The position numbers and the translations under genes are program-made. Below are positions 1 through 9,460 of a stretch of DNA of 64,000 bases, piece after piece. The notes under the pieces were generated by a model, which saw nothing but the letters and a program-made list of their open reading frames with translations, ran no database searches and was not told the origin of the DNA. How positions within the stretch are numbered: position 1 is the stretch's first letter; the number at the start of each line of letters is the position of its first letter. The DNA comes from an uncultured Nitrosomonas sp. (GTDB taxonomy: Bacteria > Pseudomonadota > Gammaproteobacteria > Burkholderiales > Nitrosomonadaceae): assembly GCA_964612715.1 (NCBI GenBank), contig CAZTCY010000004.1, positions 1,989 to 65,988 on the forward strand, read 5' to 3'.

Positions 1-2967
1 TGCACCGTGAATACCCGGGACGACTTCCAGACGATAATTAATGCCCGGCAGCAGGCGGCCGACCGTGCCGGGTCTGTTATGCATCGGCGTATTGAGACTC
101 AGTATGGGCGAAGTTTCCGTTGAACCGTAACCTTCAAAAATACGTATGCCGAATCTTTCCGCCCACTGCTGGCGCGTTTCATCCTTCAGTTTCTCCGCGC
201 CGGCGAAAACATACCGTATGCTCTGGAAATCATAGGCATGCGCGAAGCGCGCATAACCAGCAAGAAAAGTATCGGTTCCGAACATCAATGTCGCGTTGGT
301 ATCATAAACCAGTTCCGGAATGATGCGGTAATGCAGCGGTGACGGATAGAAAAAAGTCCGGATACCCGACAGAACAGGCAAAAGTGTTCCTCCTGTGAGG
401 CCGAATGAATGGAAAACAGGAAGTACATTAAAAACGATATCCGTCGGCCCAAAATCAATGCGCGATGATACCTGATAGCGATTGGCCTGAATGTTTTTAT
501 GACTCAGTGAAACACCTTTAGGGACATCCTCCGATCCGGATGTAAACAAAATCACTGCCGCGGCATCCGCATCGGCTGTCTTATTGACGAATCGATAATA
601 GAATTGTGGAATCAGACTGAACAACGCGCCTTTAATTTTGGCCGGAACAGCAATCCGCGAAACCAGATCTTCCAGATAAACTATCCTGACCCCTTGAGAT
701 TCAAGTCCTTCAATCAGATGTGTCAGCTTGCCTGCCTGAATAAAACGCCGGGATGTAATGACGGTCTCAATGGTGGCGGCCTTGCAAGCGGCAATCAAGT
801 TTTTTGTGCTGCCGGAATAATTCAGCATCGCGGGAATACGCCCGTAAGCCTGCAGCGCAAAAAAGCAAATCAATGTACTGACCATATTCGGCAGCAGCAC
901 CCCTGCAGCCGTGTTATTGTTCGCATACTGCTTTAATGCTGTACCCAATATGAAACAGCGCATAATCAACTGCCGGTAATTGACCGGTTTGCGTTCCACG
1001 TCTTCGGCGATGATATGCCGGCTGCCATGTATTGAGCGGGCATCCAGTAACGACTGGAACAACGTCTGATTCAGATTGTTACTCTGAAACATCATATAAG
1101 ACATCACGTCGTAGAGCCTGATTCCGGCAGCCTGGCGCCGTTTTCTGCCGCGGATGTCCGGTGGTAAATCAAACTTCAGCGGTGGCATGACGGTCATAGT
1201 GATTTTGGGGAACCAGCGGATACGTACTTTACCGCGCAACCGGGAAAAAGGCGTGTACTGCGCGCCGGAAATGATAATCGGCAAAACTTGCGCTGCCGCC
1301 TTATCAGCTATCAGCGCCGGCCCTTCATAGATTTTCATCAGCGCACCCGTAACGGTTAACCGCCCTTCCGGAAAAATAACGATTCTGCGCCCTTTTTTTA
1401 CCCGGTCGATCAACATTCGCGTCGACAATGGGTTTGCCGGATCGAGTGCAATCGTGTCAGCCAGAAACAAGAAAGGCCTCAACCACCAGCGCCGGGCGAT
1501 ATGAGTGTTGATTGCAAAGCTGACATGGTATGGCATATAGGCGCCGATCAGGACCGCATCCAGAAACGACAGATGATTGGCGACAATAATGGTTCTGCCG
1601 TCCAATTTATGTAAATGTTCAATCCCCTTAACATCCAGCCGGTAACATACCTGAAACATCCAGCGCAGTATGGATTTGACCAGCGCCTGTGGCAACAGAC
1701 TGGCGATGTAAATCGCCATAAAACCATTAATGACCGCAATAGCGAGAAATACATCGACAACGGAAAATTCATAAGTCAGCATAATGCTGATCGCGACCGC
1801 CGAAATCACCATGAATAAAGCATTCAGAATGTTATTCGCGGCAAATGTGCGTGACATATGCGACATTTCGGCACGATCCTGAATAATCGCATACAACGGG
1901 ACGATATAGATACCACCACAGATCGAAATCCCCAGCAGGTCAATCAGAATGCGCCAGTGCGTCAGCGATTCCAGAAACGCACCTGCGCCGATCAGTATGC
2001 CGGTATTGCCATGCGCCAGATTACTGCTGGCCAGATACATATCCACGGTAAATAGCGTCATTCCGATAATACCCAGCGGCACATAGGTGGTCGCAATTTC
2101 GCCTTTAAGCAGCCGGTTGCACAGTAGTGCGCCAATAGCGATGCCGATCGTGAATGTCGCCAGAAAAAGCGTGACAACCTGTTCATTGCCGCCAATCACT
2201 TCTTTAGCGAATGTCGGAAACTGGGACAAAAAGCTGGCGCCAAACAGCCAGAACCAGGAAATGCCCAGAATGGAGCGGTAAATGACCGGATACCGGCGTA
2301 CCTGTCGAATGATGGCATGTGTTTCGGTGAGAAAATTATAATTAATCTTCAGACCGGCATCCGCAGGCCGGGTAGCAGGTATCGAAAAACTGCTGAACAA
2401 GCCGAGCACAGCAACAGCGATAACGATCACTGAAATAATCAGCACACCGTTCTCAGCCATGATCAACAGTCCTCCGCAAATCGTGCCCAGCAGAATGGAC
2501 ATAAATGTGCTGCTGTCGATCAATGCATTTCCGCCAATCAATTCATTTTCCCCGAGCTGATCGGGCAGAATACCGTACTTGAGCGGCCCGAAAAAAGCCG
2601 ATTGCGCCCCCATCAGAAACAAAATCAGCATCAATACTCCGGTCTGCTGCCAGAAAAACCCCAGTGCGGCGCCGAGCATCAGCACGATCTCAACCGCCTT
2701 AGTGATACGAATCACCCGTGCCTTATCGTACTTGTCAGCGATCTGCCCCGCTATCGCCGAGAACAGAAAAAAAGGCAGGATAAAAATACCCGCAGCAACA
2801 GTGATCATCACCTGCGGACTCAGTGCGGACTGTTCAATCGCAGTATAGGTAATCAGGATAATCAGCGCATTCTTGAATACATTGTCGTTAAACGCGCCGA
2901 GGAATTGGGTTATAAAAAGCGGCAGGAAACGTTTGGTTTTCAGTAAATGCCATTGATCGGAATGCAT
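1..2967 (-). CDS. Fused lysophospholipid transporter (MFS, LplT-like) / PlsC-type acyltransferase / acyl-ACP synthetase (Aas-type); 3' end cut by window edge
   Basis: Not in the ORF track because it has no stop inside the window. Own translation from the ATG (complement of 2965-2967) gives MHSDQWHLLKTKRFLPLFITQFLGAFNDNVFKNALIILITY..., an MFS N-terminus. The HX4D acyltransferase motif NHLSFLD is encoded near 1558-1578. The frame is still open at base 1, reading ...NTPMHNRPGTVGRLLPGINYRLEVVPGIHGA (adenylate-forming domain). The + strand ORFs listed between 120 and 2946 are shadows of this gene. Confidence 0.8.
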   Translation of the reverse strand, partial: MHSDQWHLLKTKRFLPLFITQFLGAFNDNVFKNALIILITYTAIEQSALSPQVMITVAAGIFILPFFLFSAIAGQIADKYDKARVIRITKAVEIVLMLGAALGFFWQQTGVLMLILFLMGAQSAFFGPLKYGILPDQLGENELIGGNALIDSSTFMSILLGTICGGLLIMAENGVLIISVIVIAVAVLGLFSSFSIPATRPADAGLKINYNFLTETHAIIRQVRRYPVIYRSILGISWFWLFGASFLSQFPTFAKEVIGGNEQVVTLFLATFTIGIAIGALLCNRLLKGEIATTYVPLGIIGMTLFTVDMYLASSNLAHGNTGILIGAGAFLESLTHWRILIDLLGISICGGIYIVPLYAIIQDRAEMSHMSRTFAANNILNALFMVISAVAISIMLTYEFSVVDVFLAIAVINGFMAIYIASLLPQALVKSILRWMFQVCYRLDVKGIEHLHKLDGRTIIVANHLSFLDAVLIGAYMPYHVSFAINTHIARRWWLRPFLFLADTIALDPANPLSTRMLIDRVKKGRRIVIFPEGRLTVTGALMKIYEGPALIADKAAAQVLPIIISGAQYTPFSRLRGKVRIRWFPKITMTVMPPLKFDLPPDIRGRKRRQAAGIRLYDVMSYMMFQSNNLNQTLFQSLLDARSIHGSRHIIAEDVERKPVNYRQLIMRCFILGTALKQYANNNTAAGVLLPNMVSTLICFFALQAYGRIPAMLNYSGSTKNLIAACKAATIETVITSRRFIQAGKLTHLIEGLESQGVRIVYLEDLVSRIAVPAKIKGALFSLIPQFYYRFVNKTADADAAAVILFTSGSEDVPKGVSLSHKNIQANRYQVSSRIDFGPTDIVFNVLPVFHSFGLTGGTLLPVLSGIRTFFYPSPLHYRIIPELVYDTNATLMFGTDTFLAGYARFAHAYDFQSIRYVFAGAEKLKDETRQQWAERFGIRIFEGYGSTETSPILSLNTPMHNRPGTVGRLLPGINYRLEVVPGIHGA

Positions 2968-3404
2968 TGATTTCCCCTATAACAAAATTGTTCGCCATCA
3001 ATACGGACAGAACGCCAGATACATTGAGCAGCACGGCATAAAACAAACGCATATTAGCATGGCGCAAAATGCTTAACCGTGCATTTATGTTCGATTCATA
3101 TCGATACCGGTTTTTGCATTTTTTATATAACTGCCGGATCAACTGTTTAACTTGCATGTCACTCAACCGCATTAAGAGAATTTCCATAAAATTACAAAAC
3201 AATTTTTATTTGTGTTTACAAATCGAATTCGTATTGTATATACTACCAGTCATGTATTCGTGTCATAAGGATACAACATATAGTGGTTAAAAGTGTTATA
3301 CCAGTTATCCAATTTATTCAGATTCAACCGGATAATTATCCGGTTAACGCTTTGGAATCACATTGGTTTATTTCATACCAATGAATCAAAGGGAGTCAAA
3401 AACG

Positions 3405-6272
3405 ATGCAGCTGGTCACTGAAACTTCAAGCGCAACCCCCAAATCCGATATCAATGCTTTCGTGGATATTCATACCGACACCAGGCAATTCTCTCAATAT
3501 AAAATCATTCGCCGCAATGGCGCTGTCGTCGCGTTTGAACCCATCAAGATTTCAGTCGCCATGACCAAAGCGTTCATCGCTGTGGATGGCGGCCAGGGTG
3601 CCGCATCGGTTCGTGTACGCGAACTGGTTAACCGTCTGACGCTGGATGTCGTCAATGCCCTGATACGCCGCAAACCCGACAGCGGCACGTTTCACATCGA
3701 AGATATCCAGGATCAGGTTGAACTCGCGCTGATGCGCTCCGGCGCACATGACGTGGCACGCGCTTATGTGCTGTATCGTGAGGAACGTGCACGCGAACGC
3801 GCGCGCCTGAAGGAGCAGAATGCGGCACAATCCCAGGAAGATATACGCTATGTCACCGACAAAGGGCATCGTATCCCGCTGGATTTATCCCGATTGACTG
3901 CACTGATCGAATCATCCTGTGCAGGCCTTGGCGATATCGTCAATCCCGCGCTGATTTTGAAAGCGACTTTACGCGAGCTGTATGATGGCGTCACGCTGGA
4001 AGAAGTCAGGAAATCCGCCATTATGTCAGCACGCGCGCTGATTGAAAAAGAACCGGCCTACGGTTATGTCACCGCGCGCCTGTTGCTGAACAATATCCGC
4101 GCCGAAGTACTGGAAGAGGAAGTGCTGCAACAGGATATGCAGACACATTATGCTGAATATTTCCCGGTCTTTATCAGAAAAGGCATTGAAGCCGGCCTGC
4201 TTGACGAGCGCCTTGCACAATTTGATCTTGCCAGATTATCCGAAGCGCTTCAGGCCGACCGTGACCTGCAATTTGATTATCTCGGCCTGCAAACATTGTA
4301 TGACCGCTATTTTCTGCATATCAGGGAAAAACGCATTGAACTGCCACAGGCATTTTTCATGCGCGTTGCAATGGGACTCGCACTCCATGAAATCGACCGT
4401 GAAGCGCGTGCCGTCGAATTTTACAACGTTTTATCCAGCTTCGATTTCATGAGTTCGACACCAACGCTGTTCAATTCCGGCACCTGCCGTTCGCAGTTGT
4501 CCTCATGCTATCTGACCACCGTATCCGATGATCTTGACGGTATCTATGAAGCCATCAAGGAAAACGCATTACTCTCCAAATATGCGGGCGGCCTCGGTAA
4601 TGACTGGACGGCTGTACGCGCCATGGGTTCGCGCATCAAGGGCACTAACGGTAAATCGCAAGGTGTTGTGCCTTTCCTCAAAGTGGTATCCGATACCGCT
4701 GTCGCAGTCAATCAGGGCGGCAAGCGCAAAGGTGCGGTATGTGCCTACCTGGAGTGCTGGCATCTCGATATCGAGGAATTTCTCGAATTGCGCAAAAACA
4801 CCGGCGATGACCGCCGCCGCACGCATGATATGAATACTGCGACATGGATTCCCGATCTGTTCATGAAACGCGTCATGGAAGGCGATGAATGGACTCTGTT
4901 CTCTCCAGCGGATGTTCCGGATCTGCACGACAAATTCGGCCGCGTGTTCGAACAGGCTTATCTTGCTTATGAGGCAAAAGTCGAACGCGGCGAATTTGAT
5001 TTGTATAAAAAAGTTCCTGCCGTGCAGCTCTGGCGCAAAATGCTCAGCATGCTGTTTGAGACCGGCCACCCCTGGATTACTTTCAAAGACCCGTGCAACG
5101 TACGTTCGCCGCAAAATCATGTTGGCGTAGTACACAGCTCGAATCTGTGCACGGAAATCACGCTCAATACCAGCGAAAAGGAAATCGCGGTCTGCAACCT
5201 GGGTTCCGTCAATCTGGTCGCGCACCTGAATAATGGCGCACTCGATGCGGAAAAACTGAAACGCACCATCCGTACAGCCATGCGCATGCTCGATAACGTC
5301 GTAGACATCAATTTCTACGCGGTGTCCAAGGCAAGAAACGCCAATCTCCGCCATCGCCCTGTGGGTCTGGGTATCATGGGTTTCCAGGATTGTCTGCACC
5401 ACCTCGGCATTCCTTACGCTTCTGCAGAAGCCGTCGAATTTGCTGACCGTTCCATGGAACAGGTCGCTTACGAAGCCTATTGGGCTTCCAGCGAACTCGC
5501 CAAAGAGCGCGGCTGCTACAGCACCTTCAGGGGCAGCCTGTGGGATCGCGGCATACTCCCGCATGAATCGCTCCAGTTGTTACTGGAAGAACGCGGCGGC
5601 TATGTCGAGGCCGATATGTCCGCCACGCTCGATTGGGAAGCGTTACGCAAACAGATCAAAAAACATGGCATGCGCAATTCCAACTGCCTGGCGATTGCGC
5701 CAACGGCGACGATTTCCAATATCGTCGGCGTATCGGCAAGCATCGAGCCGACCTACCAGAATCTATACGTCAAATCCAATCTGTCCGGTGAATTTACCAT
5801 TACCAACAAATCCCTGGTGCGTGATCTGAAAGAACGCCATTTATGGGACGAAGTCATGATCGCCGACCTGAAATACTTCGATGGCGCGATCAGCAAAATC
5901 GACCGCATTCCCGAAGATATCCGCACACTTTACGCCACGGCTTTTGAAATGGACCCGCGCTGGCTCATTGAAGCGGCGGCGCGCCGGCAGAAATGGATTG
6001 ATCAAGCGCAATCGCTCAATATCTACATGGCAGGCGTTTCCGGCAAAAAACTCGATGACACGTACAAGCTGGCATGGCTGCGCGGTTTGAAAACGACCTA
6101 TTATCTGCGTTCTCTGGGTGCGACCACAGCGGAAAAATCCACTGTCCAGGCCGGCGCACTTAACGCCGTGCCTGCGCATGGCGGCATTCAGGGGATCAGC
6201 AGTATGGAAACCACAACGGTTGAAATTAAATACTGTGCCATTGACGATGAAAGCTGCGAATCCTGCCAGTAA
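3405..6272 (+). CDS. nrdA: Ribonucleotide reductase class Ia alpha subunit, long N-terminal form
   Basis: ATP-cone KIIRRNGAVVAFEPIKI followed by a second, degenerate cone. Active-site SSNLCTEI. C-terminal redox tail CESCQ. Start moved from the track's TTG at 3363 to ATG 3405, which has GGGAG 8 nt upstream. Confidence 0.95.
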   Translation: MQLVTETSSATPKSDINAFVDIHTDTRQFSQYKIIRRNGAVVAFEPIKISVAMTKAFIAVDGGQGAASVRVRELVNRLTLDVVNALIRRKPDSGTFHIEDIQDQVELALMRSGAHDVARAYVLYREERARERARLKEQNAAQSQEDIRYVTDKGHRIPLDLSRLTALIESSCAGLGDIVNPALILKATLRELYDGVTLEEVRKSAIMSARALIEKEPAYGYVTARLLLNNIRAEVLEEEVLQQDMQTHYAEYFPVFIRKGIEAGLLDERLAQFDLARLSEALQADRDLQFDYLGLQTLYDRYFLHIREKRIELPQAFFMRVAMGLALHEIDREARAVEFYNVLSSFDFMSSTPTLFNSGTCRSQLSSCYLTTVSDDLDGIYEAIKENALLSKYAGGLGNDWTAVRAMGSRIKGTNGKSQGVVPFLKVVSDTAVAVNQGGKRKGAVCAYLECWHLDIEEFLELRKNTGDDRRRTHDMNTATWIPDLFMKRVMEGDEWTLFSPADVPDLHDKFGRVFEQAYLAYEAKVERGEFDLYKKVPAVQLWRKMLSMLFETGHPWITFKDPCNVRSPQNHVGVVHSSNLCTEITLNTSEKEIAVCNLGSVNLVAHLNNGALDAEKLKRTIRTAMRMLDNVVDINFYAVSKARNANLRHRPVGLGIMGFQDCLHHLGIPYASAEAVEFADRSMEQVAYEAYWASSELAKERGCYSTFRGSLWDRGILPHESLQLLLEERGGYVEADMSATLDWEALRKQIKKHGMRNSNCLAIAPTATISNIVGVSASIEPTYQNLYVKSNLSGEFTITNKSLVRDLKERHLWDEVMIADLKYFDGAISKIDRIPEDIRTLYATAFEMDPRWLIEAAARRQKWIDQAQSLNIYMAGVSGKKLDDTYKLAWLRGLKTTYYLRSLGATTAEKSTVQAGALNAVPAHGGIQGISSMETTTVEIKYCAIDDESCESCQ

Positions 6273-6338
6273 AACTGGTGGATTTTAGCCAACAGAAAAA
6301 CACATTACGTACCATTATGTACGATGAGGAGCTTAAAC

Positions 6339-7505
6339 ATGCTGACATTTGAAGACGAACCCAAACAGCCGCAGAAACCTGCAAGCCCGATGCTTTCCAG
6401 CAGTCACCGCCATACTGAATTGCTCAACACGCGCCACGACAGCACCGAAAACACATCCGACGAACTGCCCGCGGCGGGCAATCCGCTCCGCCGCGTCGCC
6501 GTGGAAGACAAGAAAATCATCAATTGTAGCGCGGATGTAAATCAGCTGGTGCCTTTCAAGTACAAATGGGCCTGGGACAAATATCTCGCTGCCTGCGCCA
6601 ACCACTGGATGCCACAGGAAATCAGCATGAGCCGTGACATTGCGCTATGGAAAGATCCCAATGGCCTGACCGAGGATGAGCGCCGCGTCGTCAAACGCAA
6701 TCTGGGGTTCTTTGTCACTGCAGACTCGCTGGCGGCGAACAATATTGTGCTCGGCACCTACCGGCATATCACCAATCCCGAATGCCGCCAATATCTGTTG
6801 CGCCAGGCATTTGAAGAGGCCATTCATACCCATGCGTACCAATACATCGTCGAATCGCTCGGCCTCAACGAAGGTGAAATTTTCAACGCCTACCATGAAA
6901 TCGAATCTATCCGCGACAAAGATGAATTCCTGATTCCATTCATTGACACGCTGACCGACCCGAACTTCAAAACCGGCACCACGGAAACCGATCAGCAACT
7001 GCTCAAAAGCCTGATCGTGTTTGCATGCATCATGGAAGGTTTGTTTTTTTACGTCGGATTCGTCCAGATTCTGGCGCTCGGCCGGCAAAACAAAATGACC
7101 GGTGCGGCAGAACAGTATCAATACATTCTGCGCGATGAATCAATGCATTGCAATTTCGGCATCGATGTCATCAACCAGATCAAAATGGAAAACCCGCATC
7201 TGTGGACCAAAGCATTCCGCGAAGAAATCGCCGCACTGATGCGCAAGGCGGTGGCACTGGAATACCGCTATGCGGAAGACACCATGCCACGCGGCGTACT
7301 GGGCTTGAATGCGCCGATGTTCAAGGAATATCTGCGCTATATCACCAACCGCCGCTGCCAGCAGATCGGGCTGGATCCGCTCTACCCGGATGCGAACAAC
7401 CCATTCCCATGGATGTCGGAAATGATCGACCTGAAGAAAGAGAAGAATTTCTTCGAAACTCGGGTCATCGAGTATCAAACCGGTGGAGCACTTTCCTGGG
7501 ATTGA
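6339..7505 (+). CDS. nrdB: Ribonucleotide reductase class Ia beta subunit
   Basis: Diiron ExxH motifs [10 protein letters not shown] and [10 protein letters not shown]. Lies immediately downstream of nrdA. ATG 6339 is preceded by AGGAG, which sits inside the track's earlier start at 6324. Confidence 0.95.
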   Translation: MLTFEDEPKQPQKPASPMLSSSHRHTELLNTRHDSTENTSDELPAAGNPLRRVAVEDKKIINCSADVNQLVPFKYKWAWDKYLAACANHWMPQEISMSRDIALWKDPNGLTEDERRVVKRNLGFFVTADSLAANNIVLGTYRHITNPECRQYLLRQAFEEAIHTHAYQYIVESLGLNEGEIFNAYHEIESIRDKDEFLIPFIDTLTDPNFKTGTTETDQQLLKSLIVFACIMEGLFFYVGFVQILALGRQNKMTGAAEQYQYILRDESMHCNFGIDVINQIKMENPHLWTKAFREEIAALMRKAVALEYRYAEDTMPRGVLGLNAPMFKEYLRYITNRRCQQIGLDPLYPDANNPFPWMSEMIDLKKEKNFFETRVIEYQTGGALSWD

Positions 7506-7580
7506 AGAATTCAATTACGTTCATGACACATCCGATACCCAGTAAGAACCTGAAATTTATAACCGTTGAGGAGATACAGG

Positions 7581-8981
7581 ATGGGTTACCGCGAAGAACG
7601 TGATGCAATGGGCAATATACAGGTGCCCGAAACAGCGCTGTGGGGCGCGCAGACCCAACGCTCCCTGGAAAATTTCAGGATCTCCGGCGAGCTCATGCCA
7701 GCGGCGCTGATCCATGCGCTGGCGCAGGTAAAACGCTGTGCCGCCACCGTTAACCACGATCTTGGACTGCTGAACGCGGCAGCGACCGCAGCGATTATTC
7801 AGGCGGCGGACGAAGTCATCAACGGCCAGCATGACGATGAATTTCCACTGGTTGTCTGGCAGACCGGATCAGGCACGCAGACCAACATGAACATGAACGA
7901 GGTACTGGCCAACCGTGCTTCGGAGCTGCTCGGCGGCGGGCGCGGCGCGGCGCGCAAAATTCACCCCAACGATGACGTCAACAAGGGCCAATCTTCCAAC
8001 GATGTATTTCCCACCGCAATGCATGTCGCAGCCGCGCAAAGCATCCAGCATCGACTGATACCGGCGATACGCCGGCTGCACGGCACGCTGGCGCAAAAAG
8101 CCGAGGCATTTTCAGATATTGTCAAAATCGGCCGCACGCATTTACAGGACGCCACACCGCTCACCCTCGGGCAGGAATTTTCCGGCTATGTCGCGCAGCT
8201 TGACCACGGACTGAAGCATATCGAAGCCGCCCTGCCCCATTTATACGAACTCGCACTTGGCGGCACTGCGGTTGGCACCGGCCTGAATGCGCACCCGGAA
8301 TTCGCGCCGCGCGTTGCGGGCGAGATCGCCTATCTCACCCAGCTGCCGTTCGTCACCGCGCCGAACAAATTTGAAGCGCTGGCCAGCAACGATGCGCTTG
8401 TTCACGCGCATGGCGCGTTGAAAACACTGGCCGCATCGATGATAAAAATCGCCAACGATATCCGCTGGCTCGCATCCGGCCCGCGCTGCGGCATCGGCGA
8501 ACTCAAAATCCCGGAAAACGAACCCGGCAGTTCGATCATGCCCGGCAAAGTCAACCCGACGCAATCGGAAGCCATAGCCATGCTGTGCTGTCAGGTAATG
8601 GGCAACGACGTCGCCATCAACATAGGCGGCGCGATGGGTAACTTCGAACTGAACGTGATGAAACCGCTGATCATCCATAATTTCCTGCACAGCGTACGCC
8701 TGCTCGCCGACGGCATCACCAGCTTCAACGACCACTGCGCCACCGGCATCGAAGCCAACCTGGAACGCATCGACACACTGATGCATCACTCGCTGATGCT
8801 CGTCACCGCGCTTAATCCGCATATCGGCTATGACAAAGCCGCGGAAATCGCCAAAAAGGCGCACCGTGAAGGCACGACACTCAAAGTTGCCGCAATCGCC
8901 ACCGGTTATGTCACCGCTGCACAGTTTGACGCCTGGGTCGACCCGCGGAAAATGGTCAACCCGGATAATGGAAGCATCTGA
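7581..8981 (+). CDS. fumC: Class II fumarate hydratase
   Basis: Fumarate-lyase signature [16 protein letters not shown] and N-terminal [22 protein letters not shown] 7581 is preceded by GAGGAG. Confidence 0.95.
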   Translation: MGYREERDAMGNIQVPETALWGAQTQRSLENFRISGELMPAALIHALAQVKRCAATVNHDLGLLNAAATAAIIQAADEVINGQHDDEFPLVVWQTGSGTQTNMNMNEVLANRASELLGGGRGAARKIHPNDDVNKGQSSNDVFPTAMHVAAAQSIQHRLIPAIRRLHGTLAQKAEAFSDIVKIGRTHLQDATPLTLGQEFSGYVAQLDHGLKHIEAALPHLYELALGGTAVGTGLNAHPEFAPRVAGEIAYLTQLPFVTAPNKFEALASNDALVHAHGALKTLAASMIKIANDIRWLASGPRCGIGELKIPENEPGSSIMPGKVNPTQSEAIAMLCCQVMGNDVAINIGGAMGNFELNVMKPLIIHNFLHSVRLLADGITSFNDHCATGIEANLERIDTLMHHSLMLVTALNPHIGYDKAAEIAKKAHREGTTLKVAAIATGYVTAAQFDAWVDPRKMVNPDNGSI

Positions 8982-9093
8982 TTATAATAAGCAATACATT
9001 GATCCAGCACACAAAACAAAGACTGTAATAAAACCTTAATAATTGAAATATATACTTGCACGGTATTGATAAACATCCTATTAAGGCGTTTTT

Positions 9094-9363
9094 ATGTTTT
9101 GTTACATCAAGGAATGGCCGAACAAAATGGCCACGCTCATGACCGTCGACGGCATCGTACTGTGCACCTGCAAAAACACTGACGAAGCACGGAAAATCTG
9201 GCATGACTGGAAACGGCAGCAGTTAAACCCGCAAGTGCTGGATCCATCCGATACCATCCCCGACCTCAAAATCCTGCCCTACTCCCCAACCGTCGTAGAC
9301 CGGTTAAAAACAGTTGTGACGGGTTATTATGCACGCATGGAAAAGAAAGTGGTGAATGCGTGA
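9094..9363 (+). CDS. Small hypothetical protein (89 aa, or 78 aa from the internal ATG)
   Basis: ORF only. No recognisable motif, no TM segment, weak RBS. Convergent with the ABC exporter gene. Confidence 0.25.
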   Translation: MFCYIKEWPNKMATLMTVDGIVLCTCKNTDEARKIWHDWKRQQLNPQVLDPSDTIPDLKILPYSPTVVDRLKTVVTGYYARMEKKVVNA

Positions 9364-9460
9364 TTTTATGGGCTCATCTCCAGATATTGCAGAAATTACT
9401 TTGCCTGCGGCTACAATTGAATACTATTTCAATGCACACAAATTGAACGCACTTCTCCGG

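Noticed and set aside
3231-3286. Possible tandem NrdR boxes upstream of nrdA (GTATTGTATATACTAC and ATACAACATATAGTGG)
   Set aside because: Manual alignment to the 16-bp NrdR consensus acaCwAtATaTwGtgt gives only about 8 and 11 of 16 matches, and the 40-bp spacing is atypical. A PWM scan is needed, so this is not reported as a feature.
4569-5564. 331-aa antisense ORF inside nrdA. Similar long shadow ORFs occur at 8241-8864, 14840-15577, 36393-36875, 43696-44388, 45942-46412, 47418-47990 and 61741-62808.
   Set aside because: Each overlaps, on the opposite strand, a gene with strong motif support. The translations are low-complexity (Arg/Ala/Gly-rich) and have no RBS. Typical shadow ORFs.
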